Source of the DNA: Desulfomicrobium sp.
Lineage (GTDB): Bacteria; Desulfobacterota; Desulfovibrionia; Desulfovibrionales; Desulfomicrobiaceae
Assembly: GCA_040768745.1 (NCBI GenBank)
Contig: JAXGMI010000002.1
Span: 704,001 to 768,000 of the forward strand
Length of the DNA stretch: 64,000 bases
Reading direction: 5' to 3'
Below the pieces are notes generated by a model that saw only the letters and a list, made by a program, of their open reading frames with translations, was not told the DNA's origin and made no database searches. A program made the position numbers and the translations under genes. Within the stretch, counting starts at the first letter, position 1; every line of letters begins with the position of its first letter. Below, piece by piece: positions 18,649-28,470 of this stretch.

Positions 18649-19013
18649 GTTCCTTCCTCGATGTGATGTTTTCCAGCGGGATCTGCCCGGCGGCCCTGCT
18701 GCAAGGAGATTTTGGATATCCCTTGCACGGGAAATACTCTCAGTAACGCGCGGGTTTTTTCCCTTAGTCAAAGACTTGGCTTCGCGCAATCGCCGGCAGC
18801 CGGGCCGAACAAACGGTTCAAGCTGGTCGCAGACCTGCACGGGCTTAAACCGAGGCAACCTCGTGCGCCTTCACCGCCGATCATGACCGGCGTGCGATCG
18901 GACAGGCCAAGGGACGGCCCTCGCCTGCATGGCAGCTTATGTGCAGGATGCACGCGGTTCCGGACGTCACCTTCGTGCATATGTAACATATTGGGACGAT
19001 TTAAAAACTCCAG

Positions 19014-20054
19014 TCAGCTGGACCTGAGCATGAGGTGGAAAAGTTTCTGTACATATCTCCCTGACACCACATCGGCCAAGGCAAAGACAGGCAGGACTTC
19101 GCGGGCCATCACGCCGGCAATGGCCAGCCACATTTCCAGGGACAGCCTTTCCAGGGAGGGAGCCAGAACGGTTTCCCACAGTTCTCTGGAGGCATCGGCC
19201 GCCAGGCCGTGAGACCTGCACTGCAGGGGCCGGCAACTGAAAAGCATGCACTTCGCATCCTGATTCAGGGGGCAAAGGGCGCCCGCGTCAGAAAGGCAGA
19301 ATGTCTCTGCCTGCACCTCCTGCACCGTGGCCCGCTCGCGCTTGGCCGTTTCCACAGCCCGGGCAATGACCTCCAACCGCCTCTCGCTGGTCAGCCTCAC
19401 GTTCATCTGGTGGGTCAGGGAAACCGCCTCGACCAGGGACAATGTCACGGGCGTGCGGCAGCAACGGTCATGGTCTTGACCGCACCGCAACGTTCCATGG
19501 GCAGCGGCCAGCCCGTCAACCCTGCTCCACAGCGCTTCATAGTCGCGAAGATAGGGACTGAAATCCACGGCCCGGTGCATTTCCAGAGTGGGTTCGCGCA
19601 CCGAGAGACGCGGGCTGCTTTTGCCGTATTTGCGAATGGTCCACCACTGGGCGAAATTCGAGGGCTTGGAGCGCAACGTGCGCAGCTTGAACCAGGCCAG
19701 GCGGTGTCCGAGACCCCTGCGCAACAGGTACGCGTTGAGCACGGTCCCTGTCCGGCCAATCCCGTGCCGGCAATGGATGAGCACTTTCTTGCCCAGATAG
19801 ATGGCCTCGTCGAGCCAGGCCAGGGCCTTTTCCAGTTCCTCAAGCTCCGGGGCCTCCTCGTCTGCCAGGGGCATGTGGTACACCTCGAACCCGGCTGCGC
19901 ATTCGATCTCATGCAAATCGCAGAATTCCCCGCACAAGTTCAAAATGGCAACGATTCCGGCCTCGCGCAGGCAGTCGAGCTGCTCATAGCTCATGGGTGC
20001 GGCCCCGACTGCCAGCTGATCTGTGACCCACGTGGGGCTGTAGGCGGCGCTCAT
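19014..20054 (-). CDS. Dual-specificity/tyrosine phosphatase domain fused to a Cys-rich (YkgJ/UPF0153-like) domain
   Basis: HCRHGIGRTG CX5R loop; C-terminal C...CC...CPL...C.....RPLQCR. Confidence 0.85.
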   Translation of the reverse strand: MSAAYSPTWVTDQLAVGAAPMSYEQLDCLREAGIVAILNLCGEFCDLHEIECAAGFEVYHMPLADEEAPELEELEKALAWLDEAIYLGKKVLIHCRHGIGRTGTVLNAYLLRRGLGHRLAWFKLRTLRSKPSNFAQWWTIRKYGKSSPRLSVREPTLEMHRAVDFSPYLRDYEALWSRVDGLAAAHGTLRCGQDHDRCCRTPVTLSLVEAVSLTHQMNVRLTSERRLEVIARAVETAKRERATVQEVQAETFCLSDAGALCPLNQDAKCMLFSCRPLQCRSHGLAADASRELWETVLAPSLERLSLEMWLAIAGVMAREVLPVFALADVVSGRYVQKLFHLMLRSS

Positions 20055-22498
20055 CTGTCCCCTCCCAAAAGAAAACGACCTATAAAGGATTGGGCTTCCT
20101 CCTCGGCCTGGGTTCTGCCGTGCAGCTTCATGTCCTGCAGACGGGTGGCCGCCAGAATAAGACCCAGGACGTGCAGGGCCCGTGAGGTTTCCGCAGCGGA
20201 CTGACGGGAAAAGGCGGCGTCAAGCATGTCCCCTTTGATGACCGTGTCAAACCCGCTCTGGGACAATACACGCTCGATAAAAACAAGACGGTGCCCGCGC
20301 TGCTCCATGGCCGCCCCGCCACCTTTAAAGCAAAACTTGATATAATTTGTCCCGGCCTCATCCCCGCACAGAGAATCCACGATGGAGTAATGATAGCCGA
20401 AGCGGATGTTCAGGTGCATGTATTCCGATGCGATCAGTGCATAGCTGGCCAGGATTTTCGAATCGAGCCGAAAGATCCCGCCGCTGACCCGGTCGAACTC
20501 CTCCCAGTCCACATGCAGCTGGGAGTGATCCCAGGCAATGCGCCCGTCGGTCATGCCGGCCCACAAGGGCTGCAGCGGGCGGCACGTCAGATGGCCTGCG
20601 TGAACAGGGCCATTGTCTCCAGACTCTGGCGAGAGTCCGCCACCAAGGTCGAGCACGTACATGACCAGGGGCAAGCTGGTGGTCAATCTTCTGGCCTTGC
20701 CCAGGCCCCGGCCGCCCCGACCCACCAGAGAGAACATCTCGGACACGCTCTGCTCGTGACAGAAGCGAACCATGTCGTGCAACGACTGGCACCCCTCGGG
20801 AGAAAACTGCGGATGTTGCGGGTCGGTCAGGTTCAGTTTCACGGTGCGCAGGACCAGGGCCTCTGTCCCGGTCCGGACCAGGGTTCTGGCCTCTGCGGCG
20901 TGCAGATCCCGTTCCACGATCGTCGACAGGCAGTCGGAAAAAATTCGTCCGGCCGCGGCATCCACGGTGACAACCTGCCCGGCCATTAACGACGCACCTT
21001 CCCGGCCCACCACCACTGGAATCCCGCGCTCCCTGGCCACGGAGGCGAGGTGGCTGGCCCGACTGCCGCTTTCTGAAACGATGGCTGCGATGCGGTCCAG
21101 AAACTGGGACAAAGCGGGTCGCATGGAAGAGGTCACCACCACGGAGCCCTTGGGAATATCCTGAAAATTGGTACCCAGCGTGGCGTGATATACCGGTCCG
21201 CAGGCTGCGCCCGGAGCGGCGCAGTCCAGACCTGAGAGGAGGATTTTCGCTGCTGCGATCTCCTGTGCCGAAAAAACCTCCTGTTCAGGGTCCTGCAGCA
21301 GCCTCCTGGTCTGCAGGATGATGATCCCCTGCGGCCCAAAGGCCCATTCCACATCCTGAGGCTCCCCGAAATGCCTTTCCAGGACCAGACTCCACGCGCC
21401 CAGTCCAACGACTGCCTCGTCCGGCAGAACCGAAAATCCTGCAAAGGCAGACCCGGACAGAATGCGCGGCAGCTCCTCCCGACTCAAACAGTACTTTCCC
21501 GGGGTTGCCGATCCATCCACCAGTTGGTCGCCAATGCCCTGGACCACGTAGGCGGCCATGGATTCACCCCGGACTGCGCAGGACGGATCCCGGGTGTAGA
21601 CCACCCCAGCTGCTGTGGCCTCGATCATGGGGACGACCAGCACTGCCATGGCCGTATCGGCGTCCGACAGGCCATGCCGGATGCGATAGGCCACGGCCCG
21701 GGGGCAGTATTTGCCGGCCAGGGCCCGTTTGTAGGCCGCAAGGACATCTTGGGGAGGCACATTCAACTCGCTGGCGTACTGACCGGCAAAGGAAATCCTG
21801 CCATCCTCGGCCAGGGCGCTGGAGCGCACAGCCAGAAACCCGCCATGGGACAGATCATGTGCGGCCGCACTGATCTGGGCGGCGATGTCCTCCGGAACTG
21901 TCCCGGCCAGGATCAGCTCCTGCATTTCTGCGGTGGCCTGGATGATCCCGTCATGATTGGCCAGGGAGACACCCTGGAAGCACCGTTCCACCTCGTCTTC
22001 CAGCTTGTTCTCGCGCAGATAGCGGGCAAAGGCCTGGACCGTGATCACGAATCCGGGTGGAGTGGGGGCCCCGAGCCGGCGGGACACTGCCAGATTGAAC
22101 GCCTTCCCGCCGACCCGTTGCGGATGATCGGCTGCCTCGTCCAGACTGAGGACGTAGGGGGGGGAAACATCCATGTCCTGCTCTGCCAAGCATGGTGCAA
22201 CTTCTGCGCGAATTCGCTCCAACGCCGTGGAAAGGGGTTCGTGCATGGAGGGATTCATGCCCGAAAGCTCCAGGGTCATGTCACGCACAGCCTGGACCAA
22301 CTGGGTGGTCAGGGACCTGATCCTGGCCATGTCGGCCGGATCATGCCCGTACAGATGGCTGTCCAGATCCGCGATCACGTCCTGGGCCAGGGCATCGATA
22401 CGCAACAATTCCATGAAATGTTCGTATTTTCTCCGGATGAACTTGTCCGGAGCCAGAATGCGGGTGGACCAGTGGCGGAACAGACGGGAGGCGGTCAT
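20051..22498 (-). CDS. PEP synthase/pyruvate-water dikinase-like protein (ATP-grasp + phospho-His domains, atypical C-terminus)
   Basis: VGGKAFNL, AVRSSA.AED...SFAGQY, PQDVEWA, ILQTRR, SHLASVARERGIP. Confidence 0.85.
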   Translation of the reverse strand: MTASRLFRHWSTRILAPDKFIRRKYEHFMELLRIDALAQDVIADLDSHLYGHDPADMARIRSLTTQLVQAVRDMTLELSGMNPSMHEPLSTALERIRAEVAPCLAEQDMDVSPPYVLSLDEAADHPQRVGGKAFNLAVSRRLGAPTPPGFVITVQAFARYLRENKLEDEVERCFQGVSLANHDGIIQATAEMQELILAGTVPEDIAAQISAAAHDLSHGGFLAVRSSALAEDGRISFAGQYASELNVPPQDVLAAYKRALAGKYCPRAVAYRIRHGLSDADTAMAVLVVPMIEATAAGVVYTRDPSCAVRGESMAAYVVQGIGDQLVDGSATPGKYCLSREELPRILSGSAFAGFSVLPDEAVVGLGAWSLVLERHFGEPQDVEWAFGPQGIIILQTRRLLQDPEQEVFSAQEIAAAKILLSGLDCAAPGAACGPVYHATLGTNFQDIPKGSVVVTSSMRPALSQFLDRIAAIVSESGSRASHLASVARERGIPVVVGREGASLMAGQVVTVDAAAGRIFSDCLSTIVERDLHAAEARTLVRTGTEALVLRTVKLNLTDPQHPQFSPEGCQSLHDMVRFCHEQSVSEMFSLVGRGGRGLGKARRLTTSLPLVMYVLDLGGGLSPESGDNGPVHAGHLTCRPLQPLWAGMTDGRIAWDHSQLHVDWEEFDRVSGGIFRLDSKILASYALIASEYMHLNIRFGYHYSIVDSLCGDEAGTNYIKFCFKGGGAAMEQRGHRLVFIERVLSQSGFDTVIKGDMLDAAFSRQSAAETSRALHVLGLILAATRLQDMKLHGRTQAEEEAQSFIGRFLLGGDR

Positions 22499-22516
22499 GG
22501 CATCTCTCGAACAGAG

Positions 22517-22882
22517 TCAGGAGTTACTTTCCAATACTTCCAATACTTTGGATTCCAACTCCTCCTTGTCGATCGGCTTGACGCAGTATTCGTTGGCCCC
22601 CAACTTGAGCGCCTCCCGGGCCGTTTCCAGGGTCGGATAGCCCGTGAGCATGATGATTTTGATGTCAGGCGCGTGCTTTTTCATTTCGGCCAGGACTTCG
22701 ACCCCGGTCAGCCTTTTCAGCTTCATGTCCAGAATGGCCAAATCCGTCGTTCCCTTGGCCACGTGCCGGATGGCGTCCTCTTCTTCCGTAAAGGCCGTGA
22801 CCTGATGTCCCTTGCGGTCCAGGATGCGCTTGACCAGGGTCCCCGCATCGGAAACATCATCCAGAACTACGATCGATGCCAT
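22517..22882 (-). CDS. Single-domain response regulator
   Basis: VVLDD, AILDMKL, MLTGY, VKP. Confidence 0.92.
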   Translation of the reverse strand: MASIVVLDDVSDAGTLVKRILDRKGHQVTAFTEEEDAIRHVAKGTTDLAILDMKLKRLTGVEVLAEMKKHAPDIKIIMLTGYPTLETAREALKLGANEYCVKPIDKEELESKVLEVLESNS

Positions 22883-22909
22883 GTATTCCTCCTTCATAGA
22901 ATGGGCAGG

Positions 22910-24943
22910 TCAGAATCCGCTGTGATGATCCAGGGGGATGTCCACCGTGAAGACGGTTCCTGGCCCTCTGCCTGCTCCCGGGGGCAGAGGGGGGAAATCG
23001 GCATCGGCGGGCAGGGGACTGTCCACCCGGATCTCGCCCATGTGGTCCTTGATGATGCCAAAGGACACGGAAAGCCCCAACCCCGTGCCTTGGCCCACGG
23101 CCTTGGTGGTGAAGAACGGATCGAAAATCTTTTTCTTGGCTGCCTCGTCAATGCCCATTCCGCTGTCCATGACTTGCATGGTCACGATGCCCTGCGGCGT
23201 GTTCAACTGGGTGCTGACCACGATGACCCCGCCGCCTTTGGGAATGGCGTCCTTGGCGTTGTTCAGAAGATTGAGCCAGACCTGTTTGAGTCGTTCCGGA
23301 TCGCCATAAATGATGGGGAAGCTGTCGTCGAGTCGGGTCACGATCTCCACCCGGTCCAGGGAAAAGGAATGCCTCACCAGGCTGACCGACTCCATCACTG
23401 AATTGTTGAAGCACATTTCCCGCTTGTCCGACACGGCCTGACGGGAGAACCCCAGCAAATCGGCCACGATCTTGCGGCAGACCTTGGCCTGCTTCTCGAT
23501 GATGCCCAGATCCTGGGCCTGCTGGCTCTCGGGTGGCGTGTCATCCTTGAGCAGCTGGGCATAACCCAGGATGATGCCCAGGGGAGTGTTGATCTCATGG
23601 GCCACCCCGCCGGCCAGTTTGCCGATGGATTCCATTTTCTGGGCCTGGATGAGCTGTTGCTCGTATGCCTTGATGTCGGTGATGTCCCGGTCCATGCGCA
23701 TGAGACCAACGATGTGTCCGGATTCGTCGTGAACCGGAATCTGGACCACATGAAACCACTTCTGTCCTTTCTGCCCGTCCACGCGCTCCTGCCTGTCCAC
23801 CCGCTTGCCCGTGACCAGGACTTCGCGGCCTTCCAGATTCCTGCGTTCTGCTTCGTCTTCGGGAAAAAGATGAAAGTCATTGAGCCCTTGGATTTCAGCC
23901 ACGCTTTTACCCACACTTTGGGCAAAGGCACGGTTGGCTGCCTGATAGACCATACGTGTGTCCACCATGGAAATGAGATCAGGGTTCATGTCCAGGACCG
24001 TGGACAACAGCCGTTGCTGGCGGGTCAAGATCTGCTGCGCCTCCCGTAATCCCCGGATATGGTCCCGCAGTGTGTAGGCCATGAAGTCGAAGGTTTCGGA
24101 CAGGTCCTGGATCTCGTCGCCCACGCTCTGCTGGAATACGGGACAGTCATGGCAACTGGCCGGCTTGGGACCGAGCTTGCAGGCATGGCTGGCGCATTTG
24201 GTCTCGGGGATGAGCCAGCACCTGCGCATGCGGTCCTGATGGGCCGGACACTCATTTTCACGGCAGTGCATGATCTCCCAGCAGAAATGCTCCTTTGGCA
24301 GAATTGCCAGGGTTTCGAGGCTGCCGGTGACCAGTTCCTCGGCGTGGCTTCGCAATTCACCCAACCGCTGGGTCACGGTGCGGGCAAAAATGCTGCCCAG
24401 AGCCATGGCCGCCAGCAGCACTCCACCGAACATGGTGGCGATGGCTGAAACGAGCTGGCGGGTCGTGCCGCTGATGCGGGACTTGGAAAGCCCAACCCGG
24501 ACCGTGCCGATGCGTTCGCCGGCGACCACGACGGGTGCGGCAAAATCGTAGATGAATATCTGGCCCGTATCGAGCAACTGGACATGAATCCCCTGCTCGT
24601 CACCCACGGCATTGGCCTGCATCAGGTCCACGGGAAAACCCTTTGGAAAGGAATGGGTGACCACTCGTCCGTCGGCGTTTTGCACAAAGGCATAGACCAT
24701 GTCCCCAGTTTCCCCGACCATGTTGCGCAGGCGCAGATAGTCCTGGGCCAGCAGGGGATCCACGGCCCGTGCGGCAAGGCTTTCGGCCATGGCGATTCCA
24801 CGGAGCTTGTTCTCTTCCACCATGGCGGTGGATGTCATCCTGGCCACCACGGGCAAAAGAACCAGGGCCATGCCGAGAACGATGGCGATGATGCCCAGAT
24901 TGAGCTTGGTCTCGAATTTAAGCCGGGAAAAAAGGGTTTTCAC
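22910..24943 (-). CDS. Membrane sensor histidine kinase (periplasmic domain, HAMP with Cys-rich insert, PAS, HisKA, HATPase)
   Basis: GTG overlaps upstream TGA; two TMs; CWEIMHC...CPA...CW...C...CHDCPVF insert; VAHEINTP; GTGLGL. Confidence 0.92.
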   Translation of the reverse strand: MKTLFSRLKFETKLNLGIIAIVLGMALVLLPVVARMTSTAMVEENKLRGIAMAESLAARAVDPLLAQDYLRLRNMVGETGDMVYAFVQNADGRVVTHSFPKGFPVDLMQANAVGDEQGIHVQLLDTGQIFIYDFAAPVVVAGERIGTVRVGLSKSRISGTTRQLVSAIATMFGGVLLAAMALGSIFARTVTQRLGELRSHAEELVTGSLETLAILPKEHFCWEIMHCRENECPAHQDRMRRCWLIPETKCASHACKLGPKPASCHDCPVFQQSVGDEIQDLSETFDFMAYTLRDHIRGLREAQQILTRQQRLLSTVLDMNPDLISMVDTRMVYQAANRAFAQSVGKSVAEIQGLNDFHLFPEDEAERRNLEGREVLVTGKRVDRQERVDGQKGQKWFHVVQIPVHDESGHIVGLMRMDRDITDIKAYEQQLIQAQKMESIGKLAGGVAHEINTPLGIILGYAQLLKDDTPPESQQAQDLGIIEKQAKVCRKIVADLLGFSRQAVSDKREMCFNNSVMESVSLVRHSFSLDRVEIVTRLDDSFPIIYGDPERLKQVWLNLLNNAKDAIPKGGGVIVVSTQLNTPQGIVTMQVMDSGMGIDEAAKKKIFDPFFTTKAVGQGTGLGLSVSFGIIKDHMGEIRVDSPLPADADFPPLPPGAGRGPGTVFTVDIPLDHHSGF

Positions 24944-25863
24944 CGCCCTATCTCTCCTAGCCCCAGAGCCTTCTCCAAATCGCGCACCGACTGGTAATCC
25001 TCGTCCCGGGCGCTGATGATGCCAACCATGCCCGCCGGCTTCAGGATTGCGGCGTCCTCGGCTCGACGCATGTCCAGATCGAACAGGGCCTTGGCTATCT
25101 TGTCCTTGACCGACGGGTCGAATCCCCTGCGCGCGGAATACACCCAGCCCGGGTATGGTCTGCTCTCGGCCAGAACCCGGATCTGGTCCAGGTCGATTTT
25201 GTCCCGGACCACGGAAAGCGTTCCCTTGCGGATCGTGCCCACGTCGTAGGCCCCGGCGTAGACTGCCAAAACCACCGACTCCTGCTTCCCTCCCGCCCCC
25301 GATGCAAAGGCAATTTCCCGGAAGTCCTCCCGCCGGATGCCGTGTTCGTAGAAGTGGCCGAGTGGGTACAAATAGCCGCCAGCCGATGCCGGATCCACGG
25401 CGATAAGCCGCTTGCCCCGGCAATCCTCGATGCTTCTGATGGCCGGGTTGTCGACACGCACGATGATCTGTCCGGAAAAATCAGCACCGCCTTCGGGCTC
25501 GACAATGCGGGCAAAGGCCTCGGAGCCGAAGCGGGCCATGGTGGTGTAGACAAAGGGGTTGGTGAAGGAAATATCGATTTCCCCGCGCTCCACCATCCTG
25601 ATGTGCTCGGCAAAGGTATCGGGGAAAACCTGGCGGAATGGCACACCTGTCTTGTGCCGCAGGTATTCAAGCAATCGGCGGTGGCGTTCGAAGGACACAG
25701 AGTGGGAATACTGGGGCAGGTAGGCATAGGTCACGGCCTTGTCATGCCCCGGAGGAGAAACCGTTTCGACCCGGAACATGTCCACGGTCACGACAGGCTC
25801 ATTTTCGCCGCAACCGGACAATGCCGCAAGAAAAAGAAAAACGACGGCCCGCACCAGGAACAT
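24940..25863 (-). CDS. PhnD/PtxB-like (phosphate/phosphite/phosphonate) periplasmic binding lipoprotein
   Basis: Lipobox LSGC; DISFTNPFVY; DPASAGGYLYP; VVLAVYAG.YDVG. Confidence 0.85.
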   Translation of the reverse strand: MFLVRAVVFLFLAALSGCGENEPVVTVDMFRVETVSPPGHDKAVTYAYLPQYSHSVSFERHRRLLEYLRHKTGVPFRQVFPDTFAEHIRMVERGEIDISFTNPFVYTTMARFGSEAFARIVEPEGGADFSGQIIVRVDNPAIRSIEDCRGKRLIAVDPASAGGYLYPLGHFYEHGIRREDFREIAFASGAGGKQESVVLAVYAGAYDVGTIRKGTLSVVRDKIDLDQIRVLAESRPYPGWVYSARRGFDPSVKDKIAKALFDLDMRRAEDAAILKPAGMVGIISARDEDYQSVRDLEKALGLGEIGR

Positions 25864-26077
25864 GCTTCACCACCCAGCGTACTTCCTTCGATGCTGCGAC
25901 AGTATGCCAAAGAACCATGTCGGACAACACAAAGGTTCCATCCCAAAGTGTCCGGGCAGTCAACCACACCGGTCGAAAATCCCTCCTTGCATGAGGTCCC
26001 CACCCCTGGCCCTTGCTGGAACCCGGGTGACGCTGTATCAACAACACGACTCCATACCTCAACGCCCCGGAGGGCCC

Positions 26078-26938
26078 ATGCATTCGGTCAGAAAACTCGC
26101 CAGAATCGATTTCAATATACCCGGCGTAAAAGTGGTCGGGATGGAGCTGATAACCCTGCTCAATGCCCCGGAACCGAACATGGTCGAGATCGCCCGCACC
26201 GCCGAACTGGACCCGGCTGTTCTGGGATCCATCCTGGCCTGCGCCAATTCTCCGCTCTACGGAGGCATAACGGAAGTGGTCGACTTGCGGGTGGCCCTGC
26301 CCAGACTGGGCCTCAAAGAAATTCGGCGCATCATTTTTCATGTCGTGCTGGAGTCGGCCTTTCGCTCCGACAATGCCGAAGCCAACACGGTGTTGCGCGA
26401 ACTCTGGCGCCTGAGTCTGACCGTTGCCCTGATCATGCAGCGCCTCATACCCGACTGTCCGCAAGTGCGCAGCCTCCCGGTGGACAGGTTGGCCATGGTT
26501 TATCCCCTGGGACTCATGCACTCTATCGGCATTCCGGTCCTGCTCATCAATTTCTTTGATATTTTCGCGAAAGTCCTGCGCGAGGGGGTGGACCCATCCC
26601 AACCCCAGATGTTCCATCGGGAAAAGGGGCTTTTCGACGGATTCGACCACTGCGTCCTGGGGTCGGAACTGGTCAGCCGCTGGGGCTTTCCGGACTTCTT
26701 CTGCGATGTGATTGGCGCTTACCATCAGGCGAACCCGGACCTCAACGCGCACAGCCGCGTTCTGCACTCGCTGCTCCGCTATGCGCGCTATCTTGCCGCG
26801 GACCTTGTCGCAGCCGATGACACGCACCAGGACTACTGGCTGCAGGGAAACATGCTGGACACCTCGTCGGTGGATCCCGTGTCGGTCATGGCCGATGTCA
26901 TCGACCAGATCAGCAACATCCCGCTCATGCTGAAATGA
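26078..26938 (+). CDS. HDOD domain protein
   Basis: DPAVLGSILACANSPLYG, LGLMHSIG, GFDHCVLG..L..RWGFP. Confidence 0.88.
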   Translation: MHSVRKLARIDFNIPGVKVVGMELITLLNAPEPNMVEIARTAELDPAVLGSILACANSPLYGGITEVVDLRVALPRLGLKEIRRIIFHVVLESAFRSDNAEANTVLRELWRLSLTVALIMQRLIPDCPQVRSLPVDRLAMVYPLGLMHSIGIPVLLINFFDIFAKVLREGVDPSQPQMFHREKGLFDGFDHCVLGSELVSRWGFPDFFCDVIGAYHQANPDLNAHSRVLHSLLRYARYLAADLVAADDTHQDYWLQGNMLDTSSVDPVSVMADVIDQISNIPLMLK

Positions 26939-27037
26939 CGGAGACAGGCCCTTTCAGCAATTCCACAGCCCACTGGCCGCGTCCCGGCATGGAGCCGGCC
27001 ATGCATGAAGGCATCGGCTGAGGCATGCCCTTCCGGC

Positions 27038-27060
27038 TCGGCCGCGCTGTGCGCGGCCGA
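27038..27060. terminator. GC hairpin between convergent HDOD and FadL genes
   Basis: TCGGCCGCGC-TGT-GCGCGGCCGA; no T-tract. Confidence 0.4.
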
Positions 27061-27066
27061 TTGCGA

Positions 27067-28323
27067 TTAGAATCGGTAGGTCAGGCTGAGACCGCCCATG
27101 TGCGCATGGGCATCTTCCCGCGTCAGCTCGACGATGCCCTCCCGGGGAGTCCTCGGCTCGTAATCGCGGTCCTTCATCCACAGGTAGCCATAGGACACGT
27201 CCGCGGTCCAGGCCTCGTTTATCCTCCATCCTGCGCCCAGGGTCACGATCTGGCGGTCGGTGCAGGGCACGGCGAAATCCTCGTAATCGTCGTTGACCGG
27301 GGACTGGTCGTAAACATAGCCGGCACGCAGGGCCACGGTATCCGTCAGGGCGTACTCGGCGCCGAACTCGAAGCGCCAGGTGTTGCTCCAGTGCTTGGGG
27401 GCGGAGACGTCGCCCAGAATCTCGTCGTACTCGATGACCAGTTCCTTGTAGGCGCTCCAGTTCGTCCACACGGCGTCAAACTCGAGGCTCAGACGGTCCA
27501 TGGGCTTGACCATGACGCCCATGGTCACGGACTCGGGCACGGGCTCGGTGCCGGAGACATCGATGCTGTCCTTGAGAGGGGTCATGGAGAGCGGGACGAC
27601 ACCCTTCTGGCTGAACTCGGCCTCCCCGTCGACCGTGAGCTGGATCTCGCTGCGCCACAGGATGCCGAAAGCAAGCCAGTCATAGGGGCGGTAACGGGCA
27701 GCCAGGCTCATGCCGTACCCCCACCCGTCGGCGGATATCTCCTGCTTGATGTCGCCCGTGTTCGTCGCCGGGTTGTATGCCCTGAGAACGTCCGAGGTCA
27801 TGTGGTATCCGAAGTCCAGGTAGGTCATGTCCACGCCAACGGCCAGGGAGAAGGCGTCGGAGAACTTCATGGCCAGATTGGGGGTGAAGCTCACGGACTT
27901 GATGGCAGCGTAGGAGCAACTGTAGCGTCCGGCCCAGGTGTCGGGGTCGTCGTAGTCCGTGCCCAGGCCCACGCGCGAGAACATGCCCATGCCGAACCAG
28001 TAGTTGTCCGAGAGCTGCCGGGTGTAGTACATGGTCGGCAGGGGCCAGACGTGGTCCGCGAAGTCCATGCTTTCGAGGCCTTCCTGATGGACGTCCATGG
28101 TCGCCGAGGGGGCCACGGCCGTGAAGCCGAGCTGGAACTGGTCGCCAGGCAGGTCCGTGATGGCCGCCGGGTTGTAGGCCACGGCCGAAGGGTCCGCATC
28201 CCTGGCCACCATTGCCCCGCCCAGGGCGTTGCCCCTGGCACTCCATTCGTAGATTCCGTATCCCGCCGCCCAGACCTGCCACGGCATGAGCGCCAACACC
28301 AAGCCCACGATCCATCTGCGCAT
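27067..28323 (-). CDS. OmpP1/FadL family outer-membrane beta-barrel transporter
   Basis: Signal peptide; AGYGIYEWSARGNALGGA..ARD.DPSAVAYNPA; LRAGYVYDQSP; C-terminal YRF. Confidence 0.92.
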   Translation of the reverse strand: MRRWIVGLVLALMPWQVWAAGYGIYEWSARGNALGGAMVARDADPSAVAYNPAAITDLPGDQFQLGFTAVAPSATMDVHQEGLESMDFADHVWPLPTMYYTRQLSDNYWFGMGMFSRVGLGTDYDDPDTWAGRYSCSYAAIKSVSFTPNLAMKFSDAFSLAVGVDMTYLDFGYHMTSDVLRAYNPATNTGDIKQEISADGWGYGMSLAARYRPYDWLAFGILWRSEIQLTVDGEAEFSQKGVVPLSMTPLKDSIDVSGTEPVPESVTMGVMVKPMDRLSLEFDAVWTNWSAYKELVIEYDEILGDVSAPKHWSNTWRFEFGAEYALTDTVALRAGYVYDQSPVNDDYEDFAVPCTDRQIVTLGAGWRINEAWTADVSYGYLWMKDRDYEPRTPREGIVELTREDAHAHMGGLSLTYRF

Positions 28324-28470
28324 CTCTTCCCTCCCTCTTGTGATTTTCCCGGCCGAAGTTGACAGGGCCCGGCGACTGTAGCAGGCAAAGATAAAAATTC
28401 AATGAATCGTGATGCAATAATTATTCATATTTCATTAATACCCCGAACCCCCTTCATTCCCGGTGAATCC

